From positions 24,801-88,800 of the forward strand of contig JBFMCN010000036.1 of assembly GCA_040754475.1 (NCBI GenBank): a stretch of DNA of 64,000 nucleotides, in the 5' to 3' direction. This DNA comes from Actinomycetota bacterium (lineage in GTDB: Bacteria > Actinomycetota > UBA4738 > HRBIN12). Made by a program: the position numbers and the translations under genes. Positions 37,981 to 47,909 of the stretch are shown piece by piece. How positions within the stretch are numbered: position 1 is the stretch's first letter; every line of letters begins with the position of its first letter. Under the pieces are notes generated by a model. The model was not told where the DNA came from. It searched no databases and saw only the letters and a list, made by a program, of their open reading frames with translations.

Positions 37981-38907
37981 TTGACGACTCCGGCCTTCCG
38001 CATGCTCGTTGGGTGGATGGTCTCGTTCCCGTGGGTCCGGTGGGTCGTCAGTCGGACGAGGCCGGGCCGTGCCGTTGCTTCGAGGTTCGTCGCGGGGGAG
38101 TCGCTCGACTCGGGGATCGTGGCCGTCCGGGCGCTCGAGGCGGAAGGGATCGCCGTCGCCCTCAGTCACCTCGGAGAGAACGTTGCCGCTCCGTGGCAGG
38201 CGGATGCTGCTGCCGCCGCGTACGTCCGTTCCATCGAGCGACTCAGCGCGGAGCCGGGGCTCGACTGCTCGATCTCCGTGAAGCTCACGCAGCTCGGGCT
38301 CGACGTGTCGAAGGAGCTCTGCGTCTCCGAGCTCGAGCGCGTGCTCGACGCGGGCGAGCGTCTCGGGATGCTCGTCACGATCGACATGGAGAGCTCCACT
38401 CACGTGGACAGAACGCTCGACGTGTTCCGCGAGCTTCGGGCTCGTCACGAGGGTCTGGGGATATGCCTTCAGTCCTGCCTGCGGAGGACGCCTGCGGACC
38501 TGGAGACTCTCCCAGGGGGCTCTGTCGTCAGGCTCGTCAAGGGTGCATACCTGGAACCGTCCGAGATCGCGCTACCGAGGCGGAGGGACGTCGACTTGGC
38601 GTTCGCTCGCTGTTTCGTCACCCTGCTCGCCCGCGGCCATACCGTGCACGTGGCCACTCACGATCAGCGGCTCCTCAATGGAGCCCGGCGGATCGTGGAG
38701 CGCGACGGGGTTCCTCGGTCGCGCGTGGAGTTCCAGATGCTTTACGGTGTGCGACGAGATCTGCAGACGCGGCTCGCACGCCAGGGATGCCCGGTCCGGG
38801 TCTACGTTCCGTACGGGAGCGATTGGTACCCGTACCTGGCTCGACGCCTGGCCGAGCGACCTGCAAACATGTGGTTCTTCCTGTCGAACCTTGTGAGGAC
38901 GCGATGA
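37981..38907 (+). CDS. proline dehydrogenase (monofunctional PRODH)
   Basis: FAD-dependent PRODH TIM-barrel motifs (VKLTQLGLD, VRLVKGAY, YGSDWYPYLARRLAERPANMWFF). TTG 37981 or ATG 38002 as start. Confidence 0.85.
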   Translation: MTTPAFRMLVGWMVSFPWVRWVVSRTRPGRAVASRFVAGESLDSGIVAVRALEAEGIAVALSHLGENVAAPWQADAAAAAYVRSIERLSAEPGLDCSISVKLTQLGLDVSKELCVSELERVLDAGERLGMLVTIDMESSTHVDRTLDVFRELRARHEGLGICLQSCLRRTPADLETLPGGSVVRLVKGAYLEPSEIALPRRRDVDLAFARCFVTLLARGHTVHVATHDQRLLNGARRIVERDGVPRSRVEFQMLYGVRRDLQTRLARQGCPVRVYVPYGSDWYPYLARRLAERPANMWFFLSNLVRTR

Positions 38908-39728
38908 ATGATCGGAAGGTCGCCTTCCTGGGCGGCGGAAAGATGGGCGAGGCGCTTGTGTCGGGGTTGATCCGATCCGGCGGCCGTGGGGTCGACGAGA
39001 TCGTCGTGACGTGCCGGCGGCAGGAACGGGCGAAGGAGCTCGGCGACCGATACGGCATCACCGTTACGCAGTCGAACCCCGAGGCGGTGGCGTGGGCCGA
39101 GACGCTCGTGCTCATGGTGAAGCCGCAGGACATGGAAGCGCTCTTGGGCCAGATCGCCGGGCACGTTCGTCCGGATCAGCTGGTGGTCAGCTTCGCAGCC
39201 GGGATTCGCACTTCGTTCGTCGAGAAGCACCTGCCCGAGCTCGTCCCGGTCGTGCGAGTGATGTCCAACGTCGCCGTGCTGGTCGACGAGGCCATGTCGG
39301 TGGTGGCAGCCGGCGCGCACGCGGAGGACAGTCACCTGGCCGTCGCCGAGGAGCTGCTCGGCTACGTCGGCAAGGTGCTCCGGTTGCCCGAGGTGCATCT
39401 TGATGCGATCACGGCTACCAGCGGCTCGGGCCCCGCGTACTTCTTCCTGCTGGCGGAGGCGATGATCGAGGCCTGCATACTGCTCGGGCTGTCTCGCGAC
39501 GTGGCAACCGAGCTGATCGTGCAGACGATGCTCGGCTCCGCGAAGATGCTCCGCGATACTGGTCGGCATCCGGTGGAGCTTCGCGAGATGGTGACCTCGC
39601 CGGGCGGTACCACCATCGCGGCGATCCGCGTGCTGGAGGAGACTGGCGTCCGGGCTGCCTTCCTGAACGCCATCGACGCCGCCAGGAGCCGAAGCGCCGA
39701 GCTCGCGCAGGGCGGCGAAGAGGACTAG
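38904..39728 (+). CDS. proC: pyrroline-5-carboxylate reductase
   Basis: VAFLGGGKMGEAL Rossmann N-terminus and TSPGGTTIAAI motif. ATGA overlap with PRODH. Confidence 0.9.
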   Translation: MNDRKVAFLGGGKMGEALVSGLIRSGGRGVDEIVVTCRRQERAKELGDRYGITVTQSNPEAVAWAETLVLMVKPQDMEALLGQIAGHVRPDQLVVSFAAGIRTSFVEKHLPELVPVVRVMSNVAVLVDEAMSVVAAGAHAEDSHLAVAEELLGYVGKVLRLPEVHLDAITATSGSGPAYFFLLAEAMIEACILLGLSRDVATELIVQTMLGSAKMLRDTGRHPVELREMVTSPGGTTIAAIRVLEETGVRAAFLNAIDAARSRSAELAQGGEED

Positions 39729-39748
39729 GGACGGAGGAGGACTGAACC

Positions 39749-39859
39749 TTGGGACGTGGTGACCGACGCAAGGTGCGCTGGGCGCACGATCGCGAGAGGA
39801 AGAAGAAGGACCGCGAGAAGCGCGAGGCGGCCGGACGCGGCGCACGCAAGAAGAAGTAG
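39749..39859 (+). CDS. candidate 36-aa highly basic (Lys/Arg-rich) small protein
   Basis: TTG start 8 nt after a perfect SD GGAGGAGG. Product MGRGDRRKVRWAHDRERKKKDREKREAAGRGARKKK. No homolog assigned. Confidence 0.3.
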   Translation: MGRGDRRKVRWAHDRERKKKDREKREAAGRGARKKK

Positions 39860-39871
39860 TCGGTTCGGTCA

Positions 39872-40714
39872 TCACCTGGGGTCGGAGCTCTTACGTATGC
39901 TGCGCGGCCCCCGTCCCGTCCGTCGCTGAGATCGGCCTGCCGGGCGGCCGATTCGGTTGCAGAGTATGCCGATGCCCTCCGCTTCCAGCTCTATCTCGGC
40001 GCCGGGCCAGATCCGTTGCTCGAGGCCGGAGATCTCGAACGGCGAAGACGCGAACGCCTCCCCCGGGAGCAGCTCCTCGATGCGTGAAGCCTGTGCGACC
40101 GACGCCAGCAGCCTCTGGCCGGTGCCGTTGAGGTTGCCCTTCACCCACTCCTCGCCGTCCACGCGGACTGTGACGAAGATCGTCTGGGGATCGATCTCGT
40201 CCGGCGTGACGACGCACGGACCGATGGCGATCGGGAGCGCTTCGGGGCGTGGCGTGGGATCGCCTGTCGCCCCGCGAACGGTCCAGTCGTTCACGAGGGT
40301 GTAGCCGAACACAGCCCCGGGCGCCTCGTCGGCGCCAAGTCCACGGACGGGTCTGCGGAGGATCGCGACGATCTTGGGCTCGTACTCGAGCCAGCCGGCG
40401 CCGTCGGGCCAGGGAACCTCATCGTGTGGACCGATCACCCGACGGACCCCGTCCTGGGCATCGCGGCTGCGGAGCGAGGAGGGCAACAGGGGCGGTAGCA
40501 GGCGCGCGTTCGTAACGACGAAGCGCTCTGCCTCGTCCCGTTCGAGGGCGGCCCGGGCGGCGTCCAGCACCGTTCCCCCGTTGCTCGAGACCAGGGCCTC
40601 CATCGTGGCGGGGAAGGCCGGGTGCCCGACCGTCTCGGGCAGGTCCACGATCTCCTCGCCGAGGAACGCTCCCAGTCGCCGGTGCCCCCTCCGGTCGAAG
40701 GTCACGAACCTCAA
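39872..40714 (-). CDS. fumarylacetoacetate hydrolase (FAH) family protein
   Basis: FAH-fold motifs (PKIVAI, GYTLVNDWTVRG, metal-binding acidic residues). Confidence 0.75.
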   Translation of the reverse strand: MRFVTFDRRGHRRLGAFLGEEIVDLPETVGHPAFPATMEALVSSNGGTVLDAARAALERDEAERFVVTNARLLPPLLPSSLRSRDAQDGVRRVIGPHDEVPWPDGAGWLEYEPKIVAILRRPVRGLGADEAPGAVFGYTLVNDWTVRGATGDPTPRPEALPIAIGPCVVTPDEIDPQTIFVTVRVDGEEWVKGNLNGTGQRLLASVAQASRIEELLPGEAFASSPFEISGLEQRIWPGAEIELEAEGIGILCNRIGRPAGRSQRRTGRGPRSIRKSSDPR

Positions 40715-40865
40715 GGGAGGCCGATGATACGCCCGGCCGCCGCCCGTTTCTCGATATCGGCCGGGTAGTTTGGCCGTTTGGCGTGCCGTCCGAGTCTGGG
40801 CGTGCCGTCCGGACTTGGGGAGTATCTGAGCGCCCGGCTAGGATGAGGACGTCCCCGGCGTCTTT

Positions 40866-42455
40866 GTGCGCAAGGAGGCGACTTCGATGGCAGAGCAGGG
40901 GTTCCGGATCACCTACGCGACCATGTCGGCCGACAACGAGGAGCTGCACCGCCTCTACGACAAGGGGATCGAGGTCGCCAGGTCCTGGCTCGGCGAGAAG
41001 CACTCCTTCCACGTGAACGGAGAGGATCGTGAAGGGAGCGGGTACGAGGAGGTCCGCTCGCCGATCGACCGGGAGATGGTGATCGGCAAGTTCGCACAGG
41101 CGACCCGTGAGGACGTTCGGGACGCCGTCGCTGCCGCGAAGGCCTACTCGTACGAGTGGGCGAACGCGCCCTGGCAGGAGCGCGTCGCCCTCGTCCGTGC
41201 GGCCGCCGACCTAATCTCCGAGCGTCGCTACGAGCTCTCCGCACTGATGGCGATGGAGGTCGGCAAGAGCCGCTTGGAGGCGCTCGGCGACGTGGAGGAG
41301 TCGGCCGACCTGCTCCGCTGGAACTGCAACGAGATGGAGAAGCACGACGGCTTCGTCACGACCATGCAGTCCCTCGGATCCCCGGGGCAGTACTACGACG
41401 TGCTCCGGCCATACGGCGTGTGGGGCGTCATCAGTCCCTTCAACTTCCCGATGGCCCTGGCGGCCGGTCCGTCTTCCGGCGCGCTGGTGGCCGGCAACTG
41501 CGTGGTCTTCAAGCCCGCGCACCTCGGCGTGTTCACCGGCCTGAAGCTCTACGAGGTGTACCGGGACGCCGGCGTTCCGCCCGGGGCATTTCATTGCCTG
41601 TCCGGCTCCGGTGGCATCGTCGGCGACGAGATCATGAACCACCCCGATGTTGGTGGGATCACATTCACCGGCTCCTACGAGGTGGGGATGGGCATATACA
41701 AGGGGTTCGCCAAGGACTTCCCGAAACCGGCCATCTGCGAGATGGGCGGCAAGAACCCGACGATCGTCACCGAGATCGCCGACCTCGACAAGGCGACCGA
41801 TGGCGTGCTGCGCTCGGCCTTCGGGTTCGGAGGTCAGAAGTGCTCGGCGTGCTCACGCGTATACGTGCACCGCAGCGTCCACGACCAGTTCATCCAGCTT
41901 CTGAAGGAGAAGACAGAGAAGGTCAAGATCGGGAACCCGCTGGACAAGGACGTCTACCTCGGGCCCGTCGTGGACGAGCACGCGGTCGCCACCTTCGAGG
42001 AGGCGACGGCGGAGGCGAAGAGAGGCGGCACGGTCGTGGTCGGAGGCGAGCGTCTCACCGAGGGTGATCTCGCCCGCGGGTACTTCGTGCAGCCGACCGT
42101 CGTCGAGGTCCCCCTCGACTCGTGGATCTGGCGGAAGGAGCTGTTCGTGCCGTTCGTGGCCGTCGCCGCGTACGAGGACCTGGACGAGGCGATCCGCATG
42201 GCCAACGAGAGCGAGTACGGCTTGACGGCCGGCTTCTACAGTGAGGACAAGGCCCAGATCGACAAGTGGATGAGCACGATCGAAGCCGGTGTCATCTACG
42301 TGAACCGGCGCGCCGGCGCCACGACAGGTGCGTGGCCGGGAGTCCAGCCGTTCGGTGGGTGGAAGGCGTCGGGGACCACCGGCAAGGCTGGAGGTGGTCC
42401 CTACTACGTGACTCAGTACATGCGCGAGCAATCGAGGACGGTGATCGAGGAGTGA
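40866..42455 (+). CDS. pruA: L-glutamate gamma-semialdehyde (1-pyrroline-5-carboxylate) dehydrogenase, RocA/PruA type
   Basis: ISPFNFP, EMGGKN, SAFGFGGQKCSACSR, YFVQPT and C-terminal VQPFGGWKASGTTGKAGG mirror RocA-type P5CDH. Confidence 0.8.
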   Translation: MRKEATSMAEQGFRITYATMSADNEELHRLYDKGIEVARSWLGEKHSFHVNGEDREGSGYEEVRSPIDREMVIGKFAQATREDVRDAVAAAKAYSYEWANAPWQERVALVRAAADLISERRYELSALMAMEVGKSRLEALGDVEESADLLRWNCNEMEKHDGFVTTMQSLGSPGQYYDVLRPYGVWGVISPFNFPMALAAGPSSGALVAGNCVVFKPAHLGVFTGLKLYEVYRDAGVPPGAFHCLSGSGGIVGDEIMNHPDVGGITFTGSYEVGMGIYKGFAKDFPKPAICEMGGKNPTIVTEIADLDKATDGVLRSAFGFGGQKCSACSRVYVHRSVHDQFIQLLKEKTEKVKIGNPLDKDVYLGPVVDEHAVATFEEATAEAKRGGTVVVGGERLTEGDLARGYFVQPTVVEVPLDSWIWRKELFVPFVAVAAYEDLDEAIRMANESEYGLTAGFYSEDKAQIDKWMSTIEAGVIYVNRRAGATTGAWPGVQPFGGWKASGTTGKAGGGPYYVTQYMREQSRTVIEE

Positions 42456-43741
42456 GCGCCACCGAGATCGTCGACCTCGCCGCCGCCCAGGCCCCTCACC
42501 TGATCACCGACGTTCCGGGACCCGAGGCGCTCGCGCACGTCGAACGCGATCGCAGAATCACGAGCCCATCGCTGCCGCGCGCGTACGAGTTCGTGCCGAG
42601 GAGAGGCGCCGGGTGCGTGGTCGAGGATGTCGACGGAAACCTGTTCCTCGACGTCAACGCCGGGATCGCCGTCGCCTCGACCGGCCACGCGCATCCGAAG
42701 GTCGTCGAGGCGATAAGGCGGCAGGCCGGGCAGCTGATCCACTACTCGGCGAGCGACTTCTTCCTGCCCATCTACACCGAGGTCTGCGAACAGCTGGATC
42801 GGATCGCGCCGATCTCCGAGCCCACACGGGGCTTCCTCACGAACTCGGGCACCGAAGCCGTCGAGGGCGCGATCAAGCTCGCGCGCAGCGCCACCGGCCG
42901 GCAGTACGTGATCGCCATGATCGGTTCGTTCCACGGCCGCTCCTACGGAAGCATGTCGCTCTCGGCAAGCAAGGCGAAGCAGCGGGCGAGCTTCGGGCCG
43001 CTGCTGCCGGGTGTGCACCACTCGTTCTTCGGGGACTTCGAGCACATCGAGCGGGTACTGTTCAGGCACCTGGTCTCGCCCGATGAGGTTGCGGCGATCA
43101 TGGTCGAGCCGATCCTTGGTGAGGGCGGCTACGTCCTGCCCCCCCACGGCTGGCTCGCGTACCTGCGTGAGCTCTGCGACCGCCACGGCATCCTGCTGGT
43201 CGCCGACGAGATTCAGAGCGGCGCGGGGCGCACCGGCCGCATGTGGGCGATCGAGCACTTCGGCGTCGAGCCCGACGTGCTGCTCACGGGCAAAGGCATC
43301 GCCAGCGGCATGCCGCTCGGGGCGATGGTGGCGCGCGAAGGCCTCATGACTTGGGAGGCCGGGTCGCACGGTTCGACCTACGGCGGCAACCCCCTTGCCT
43401 GTGCCGCCGCTCTCGCCACGATTGGGCTGCTCGAGGACGGCCTGATCCAGAACGCTGCGACGGTCGGGGCCGAGCTACTGGAGGGGTTGCGCGGCATACA
43501 AGAGCGACACGAGACGGTCCGCGAGGTCCGGGGCATCGGCCTTATGATCGGGGTCGAGTTCCCCGACCACGAACAGATGGTGGCGGTCCAGGAGACCGCG
43601 TTCCGCAAGGGGCTCCTCACGCTCGGCTGCGGCGAGGCTACGATCCGGATGTCTCCACCGCTCGTTATCCGGCGAGACCAGGCCGAGACCGCCCTCGAGG
43701 TGTTCGAGGAGGCCATAGCCGAGGCCGAGCGCGGGGGCTGA
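42452..43741 (+). CDS. gabT: 4-aminobutyrate aminotransferase-like class III aminotransferase
   Basis: GTGA overlap with pruA. DVDGNLFLD, TNSGTEAVEGAIKLAR, ADEIQSGAGRTG, GKGIASGMPLG. Confidence 0.8.
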   Translation: MSATEIVDLAAAQAPHLITDVPGPEALAHVERDRRITSPSLPRAYEFVPRRGAGCVVEDVDGNLFLDVNAGIAVASTGHAHPKVVEAIRRQAGQLIHYSASDFFLPIYTEVCEQLDRIAPISEPTRGFLTNSGTEAVEGAIKLARSATGRQYVIAMIGSFHGRSYGSMSLSASKAKQRASFGPLLPGVHHSFFGDFEHIERVLFRHLVSPDEVAAIMVEPILGEGGYVLPPHGWLAYLRELCDRHGILLVADEIQSGAGRTGRMWAIEHFGVEPDVLLTGKGIASGMPLGAMVAREGLMTWEAGSHGSTYGGNPLACAAALATIGLLEDGLIQNAATVGAELLEGLRGIQERHETVREVRGIGLMIGVEFPDHEQMVAVQETAFRKGLLTLGCGEATIRMSPPLVIRRDQAETALEVFEEAIAEAERGG

Positions 43742-43751
43742 GGGGGTAGGC

Positions 43752-44666
43752 ATGAGCAAGGTCGCCACAATGAGAGACGCCGTCGCGGAGCTCGTGCGCG
43801 ACGGCGACACGGTGGCGATCGAGGGATTCACGCACCTCATCTGCTTTTCCGCGGGTCACGAGATCATCCGCCAGCGCAGGCGCGACCTCACGCTCTGCCG
43901 GCTGACTCCGGACGTCGTCTACGACCAGATGATCGGGGCCGGCGTCGCGAAGAAGCTCATCTTCTCCTGGCTCGGCAATCCCGGGGTCGGATCGCTGCAC
44001 GCGGTGCGGCGCCGAGTGGAGAAGCAGGATCCCGAGCCCCTCGAGATCGAGGAGTACAGCCACTTCGGGATGGTGTGCCGTTACGTGGCCGGAGCCTCGA
44101 ACCTACCGTTCTTCCCGATCCGAAGCTACTTCGAGAGTGACATCCCCAAGGCGAATCCCAAGATCGTTCCGGTGAGGAATCCATACGGCGACGAGGAGGT
44201 CTACGCAGTCCCGCCCCTCAACCCTGATGTCACGATCGTGCATGTTCAGCGAGCCGATGCGGACGGAAACTCACAGATCTGGGGTCTGCTCGGATGCCAG
44301 AAGGAGGCGGCTTTCGCGGCGAAGCGCACGATCGTGGTCTGCGAGGAGATCGTCGACGAGTCGGTGATCCGCGCAGACCCGAACCGAACCTTGATCCCCG
44401 GCCTCGTCGTCGATGCGGTGGTCGAGGAGCCGTTCGCCTGCCACCCGTCCTACGCGCAGGGCTACTACGACCGCGACAATCGCTTCTACCTCGATTGGGA
44501 GCGGGTGTCGCGCGATCCGGAGGCCCTCGAGACCTGGCTGAGAGAGTGGGTCTACGACCTGGGATGCCACCGGGACTACGTGGAGAAGTGGGGCGGGGCC
44601 CACTGGGACTCGCTCCGTCCGGGGGTGGCGATGTCCGGCGAGGTCGACTACGGGGAGTACGCGTGA
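43752..44666 (+). CDS. family I CoA-transferase subunit A (glutaconate CoA-transferase-like)
   Basis: N-terminal DGDTVAIEGF and overall similarity to GctA-type A subunits. Confidence 0.75.
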   Translation: MSKVATMRDAVAELVRDGDTVAIEGFTHLICFSAGHEIIRQRRRDLTLCRLTPDVVYDQMIGAGVAKKLIFSWLGNPGVGSLHAVRRRVEKQDPEPLEIEEYSHFGMVCRYVAGASNLPFFPIRSYFESDIPKANPKIVPVRNPYGDEEVYAVPPLNPDVTIVHVQRADADGNSQIWGLLGCQKEAAFAAKRTIVVCEEIVDESVIRADPNRTLIPGLVVDAVVEEPFACHPSYAQGYYDRDNRFYLDWERVSRDPEALETWLREWVYDLGCHRDYVEKWGGAHWDSLRPGVAMSGEVDYGEYA

Positions 44667-45442
44667 GCGCGAACGCCGACCTCGGCTGGTCGCGTTCGGA
44701 GATGATGATCGTTGCGAGCGCTCGCCAGCTCGCGGGGCGGCGGGTGTGCTTCGTCGGCATCGGGCTGCCGAACATCGTCTGCAACCTCGGAAAGCGCACC
44801 GTGGCGCCGGACCTCCACCTCGTGTACGAGTCCGGCATCTTCGGGGCCGTTCCGAAGCGCCTGCCGCTTTCGATCGGAGATCCCACGCTCGTAACGGGCT
44901 CCACAGCCGTGTGCAGCATGTACGAGCTGTTCGCGTTCTACCTTCAGGCCGGCCTCGTCGACGTGGGGTTCCTCGGCGCGGCGCAGATCGATCGGTTCGG
45001 GAACATCAACACCAGCGTGATCGGCGACTACGCGAACCCGAAGGTGCGACTGCCCGGCTCGGGTGGCGCGTGTGAGATCGCGATCAACTCCCACGAGGTG
45101 TTCGTGATCATGCGGCAAGGACAGAGATCGTTCGTCGATACGCTCGACTTCCGCACCTCGCCCGGGCACTCGGGCGATCCCGAGCACGATGCGAGGCGCG
45201 GTTGGTTCGGAAGCGGGCCGACGTCGGTGGTTACCGACCTCGGCGCCTACTCCTTCGACCAGGCGACCGGCGAGATGACGCTCACGACGATCCACCCTGG
45301 GGTCACGCTCGACGAGGTTCGGGAGAACATGGGCTGGGACCCCAAGGTGGCGAAGGACCTTGGTGAGACGCTGGGGCCGACCGACGAGGAGCTCCATCTC
45401 ATCCGCGAGGAGCTTGACCCGCAAGGCGTCTACGCGAAGTAG
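44663..45442 (+). CDS. family I CoA-transferase subunit B
   Basis: GTGA overlap with subunit A. Glycine-rich PGSGGACE region typical of B subunits. Confidence 0.75.
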   Translation: MSANADLGWSRSEMMIVASARQLAGRRVCFVGIGLPNIVCNLGKRTVAPDLHLVYESGIFGAVPKRLPLSIGDPTLVTGSTAVCSMYELFAFYLQAGLVDVGFLGAAQIDRFGNINTSVIGDYANPKVRLPGSGGACEIAINSHEVFVIMRQGQRSFVDTLDFRTSPGHSGDPEHDARRGWFGSGPTSVVTDLGAYSFDQATGEMTLTTIHPGVTLDEVRENMGWDPKVAKDLGETLGPTDEELHLIREELDPQGVYAK

Positions 45443-45450
45443 CCGGTGCG

Positions 45451-46764
45451 ATGAGTCACGTCTTCCACCGTGTCCTGAACCGGGAGCTGCCGAAGGCTGT
45501 TCGGGCGGAAGGGGCCTGGATCGAGGACGTGGACGGCAGGCGCTACCTCGACGGTGCGGGTGGCGCGATCGTCGTCAACGTCGGCCACGGGGATCGAAGG
45601 CTCGTCGAGGCGATGGCGGCGCAGGCCGGTCGAGTGGACTACGTGCACGGCACGATGTTCACGACAGAGTCGCTCGAGTCCTACGCGAACGAGCTCGCCC
45701 CACTGCTTCCCATGGACGAGCCCCGGATCTACCCGGTCTCCGGCGGCAGTGAGGCCGTGGAGACCGCGATCAAGCTCGCTCGCACCTACCACCTAGCGAG
45801 AGGAGAGGACCGGACGGTGGTGATCGGGCGCAGGGCTTCGTACCACGGCAACAGCCTCGGTGCGCTCGATGCCGGCGGAAAGGAGACCCTCAGGCGGCCG
45901 TACGCACCGTGGCTCGGGAGGTTCGCGCATGTCGATGCTGCGTACGAGTACCGCTGCACGATGCCGGATCACCCGAAACGGTGCGGGGCACAACATGCCG
46001 AGGCTCTCGATCGAACCATCCGCGAGATCGGGGCCGACAAGGTGACCGCGTTCATCGCAGAGCCGGTCGTTGGGGCGACCCTCGGCGCGGCCGTGCCGAC
46101 CGACGACTACTGGCCGGCCGTGGTCGGTATCTGCCGGAACCACGACGTCCTCCTCATAGCCGACGAGGTCATGACCGGCTTCGGTCGCACCGGCCGCTGG
46201 TTCGGTATGGATCACTGGGGCGTGCGGCCCGACATCATCACGTGCGGGAAGGGCTCGACGAGCGGGTACTGGCCCTTCGGCTTCACCGCGGCAAGTGGCC
46301 CGGTGTTCGACACGGTCAGGCCGAAGGGGTTCGTTCACGGCTTCACGTGGTCGCACAACGGCGTGGGGGCTGCGGTTGCCCATGCGGCCCTCCGCGCGCT
46401 GCGGGACGGCGACCTCGTCGAGGCGAGTCGAGCGAAGGGGGAGCTGCTCCTGGAGGAGCTATCGAGTGCGTTCGCCGATAGTCCCATCGTCGGCGACGTG
46501 CGCGGGATCGGCCTCATGGTTGGCATCGAACTCGTTGCCGACAGGGCGTCAAAGGCCCCGTTCCCACGATCGGACCGGGTGACAGAGCGTGTGGTGGCCG
46601 CGGCGCGAGACCGGGGCCTGCTTCTGTACTCCAGCACTGGCCACGCCGACGGGGTGAACGGCGACCTCGTGATGCTTGGGCCGCCGTTCGTGATCTCCGA
46701 CGAGGAACGTGCTCTCCTGGTCGAACGGACCGAAGCCGCCGTCGCGGCCGTGGCGGGCGTATGA
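45451..46764 (+). CDS. omega-amino acid aminotransferase (class III)
   Basis: VSGGSEAVETAIKLAR, ADEVMTGFGRTG, TCGKGSTSGYWP. Confidence 0.85.
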   Translation: MSHVFHRVLNRELPKAVRAEGAWIEDVDGRRYLDGAGGAIVVNVGHGDRRLVEAMAAQAGRVDYVHGTMFTTESLESYANELAPLLPMDEPRIYPVSGGSEAVETAIKLARTYHLARGEDRTVVIGRRASYHGNSLGALDAGGKETLRRPYAPWLGRFAHVDAAYEYRCTMPDHPKRCGAQHAEALDRTIREIGADKVTAFIAEPVVGATLGAAVPTDDYWPAVVGICRNHDVLLIADEVMTGFGRTGRWFGMDHWGVRPDIITCGKGSTSGYWPFGFTAASGPVFDTVRPKGFVHGFTWSHNGVGAAVAHAALRALRDGDLVEASRAKGELLLEELSSAFADSPIVGDVRGIGLMVGIELVADRASKAPFPRSDRVTERVVAAARDRGLLLYSSTGHADGVNGDLVMLGPPFVISDEERALLVERTEAAVAAVAGV

Positions 46765-47909
46765 GCGGGCCGGCCGGCCTCGTCCTGTGCCCGGAGGCGA
46801 GGATCTACGACCACGGGCCGGGGCATCCCCTCAAACCGGAGCGGGTCCTGCTCACGTGGGATCTGATTCGCGCCTGCGGGCTGCTTGAGCGACCGACCGT
46901 CCGGACGCTGCGGGCGGCGATGGCGACCGACGACGAGATCGGGCTCGTCCATACGCCTGAGTTCATCGACGCGACGAGGCGGGCCGGCCACGGCGAGAGG
47001 GGTGAGTGGTACCGGTACGGCTATGGGCCGGGCGACAACCCGATCTTCCCGCAGATGCATGAGGCGGGTGCCTGGGTCGTCGGCGCTTCGATCGCGGCGG
47101 CGCGTGCAGTCCTCGACGGAGAGGTCGCGCACGCGTTCAACGCCGCGGGCGGCCTCCACCACGCGATGCCCTCACGCGCCTCGGGGTTCTGCGTCTACGA
47201 CGATCCCGTAATCGCCATCAGGTGGTTGCTGGAGCGCGGCGTTGAACGCGTCGCGTACGTGGACGTCGACGTCCATCACGGCGACGGACCGCAGGCCTTG
47301 TTCTACACCGATCCCCGGGTTCTCACGATCTCGATCCACGAGTCGGGGGAGTTCCTGTTCCCGGGGACCGGCTTCGTGTCGGAGCGGGGAGCCGGTGAGG
47401 CGGAGGGCACGAAGGTCAATGTCCCGCTGCAGCCGGGGACGGGCGACGGGGCCTGGCTGGAGGCGTTCCGCGCGGTCGTTCCGCCGCTCGTCCAGGCCTG
47501 GAGGCCGGACGTTCTCGTCACGCAGCTCGGCTGTGACACGCACGAGACCGATCCGATGGCGCACCTGCGCCTGACCACGGGGACGTACCGAGAGACCGCG
47601 AAGTGGCTGCACGAGCTCGCGCATGAGGCGGCCGGCGGGCGCTGGGTGGCGACGGGAGGCGGCGGCTACCAGTGGGCGCGTGTCGTCCCCCGTGCGTGGA
47701 CTCTCTACTTCGCCGAGATGAGCGAGACCGAGCTACCCGACGCGGTCCCTGAGTCCTGGATCGGGGAGATCGAATCCCAGATCGGCGCGCCCCTTCCCGC
47801 CCGATTCACCGACGAGCCGGTGAGCGGGCGCGAGGAGGATGTGGAGATCGGCAGCCTGGTGGATCTCGTGCGCAGGACCTGCTTCCCGGCGCTGGGTCTG
47901 GAGCCATGA
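46761..47909 (+). CDS. histone deacetylase superfamily protein (AcuC / acetylpolyamine amidohydrolase-like)
   Basis: GFCVYDD, DVDVHHGDG, Zn-binding D/H residues. ATGA overlap on both sides. Confidence 0.8.
   Translation: MSGPAGLVLCPEARIYDHGPGHPLKPERVLLTWDLIRACGLLERPTVRTLRAAMATDDEIGLVHTPEFIDATRRAGHGERGEWYRYGYGPGDNPIFPQMHEAGAWVVGASIAAARAVLDGEVAHAFNAAGGLHHAMPSRASGFCVYDDPVIAIRWLLERGVERVAYVDVDVHHGDGPQALFYTDPRVLTISIHESGEFLFPGTGFVSERGAGEAEGTKVNVPLQPGTGDGAWLEAFRAVVPPLVQAWRPDVLVTQLGCDTHETDPMAHLRLTTGTYRETAKWLHELAHEAAGGRWVATGGGGYQWARVVPRAWTLYFAEMSETELPDAVPESWIGEIESQIGAPLPARFTDEPVSGREEDVEIGSLVDLVRRTCFPALGLEP

Noticed and set aside
37742-37984. 80-aa ORF inside the mshA-PRODH intergenic region
   Set aside because: No SD and a low-complexity product. 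The region is better explained as structured RNA.
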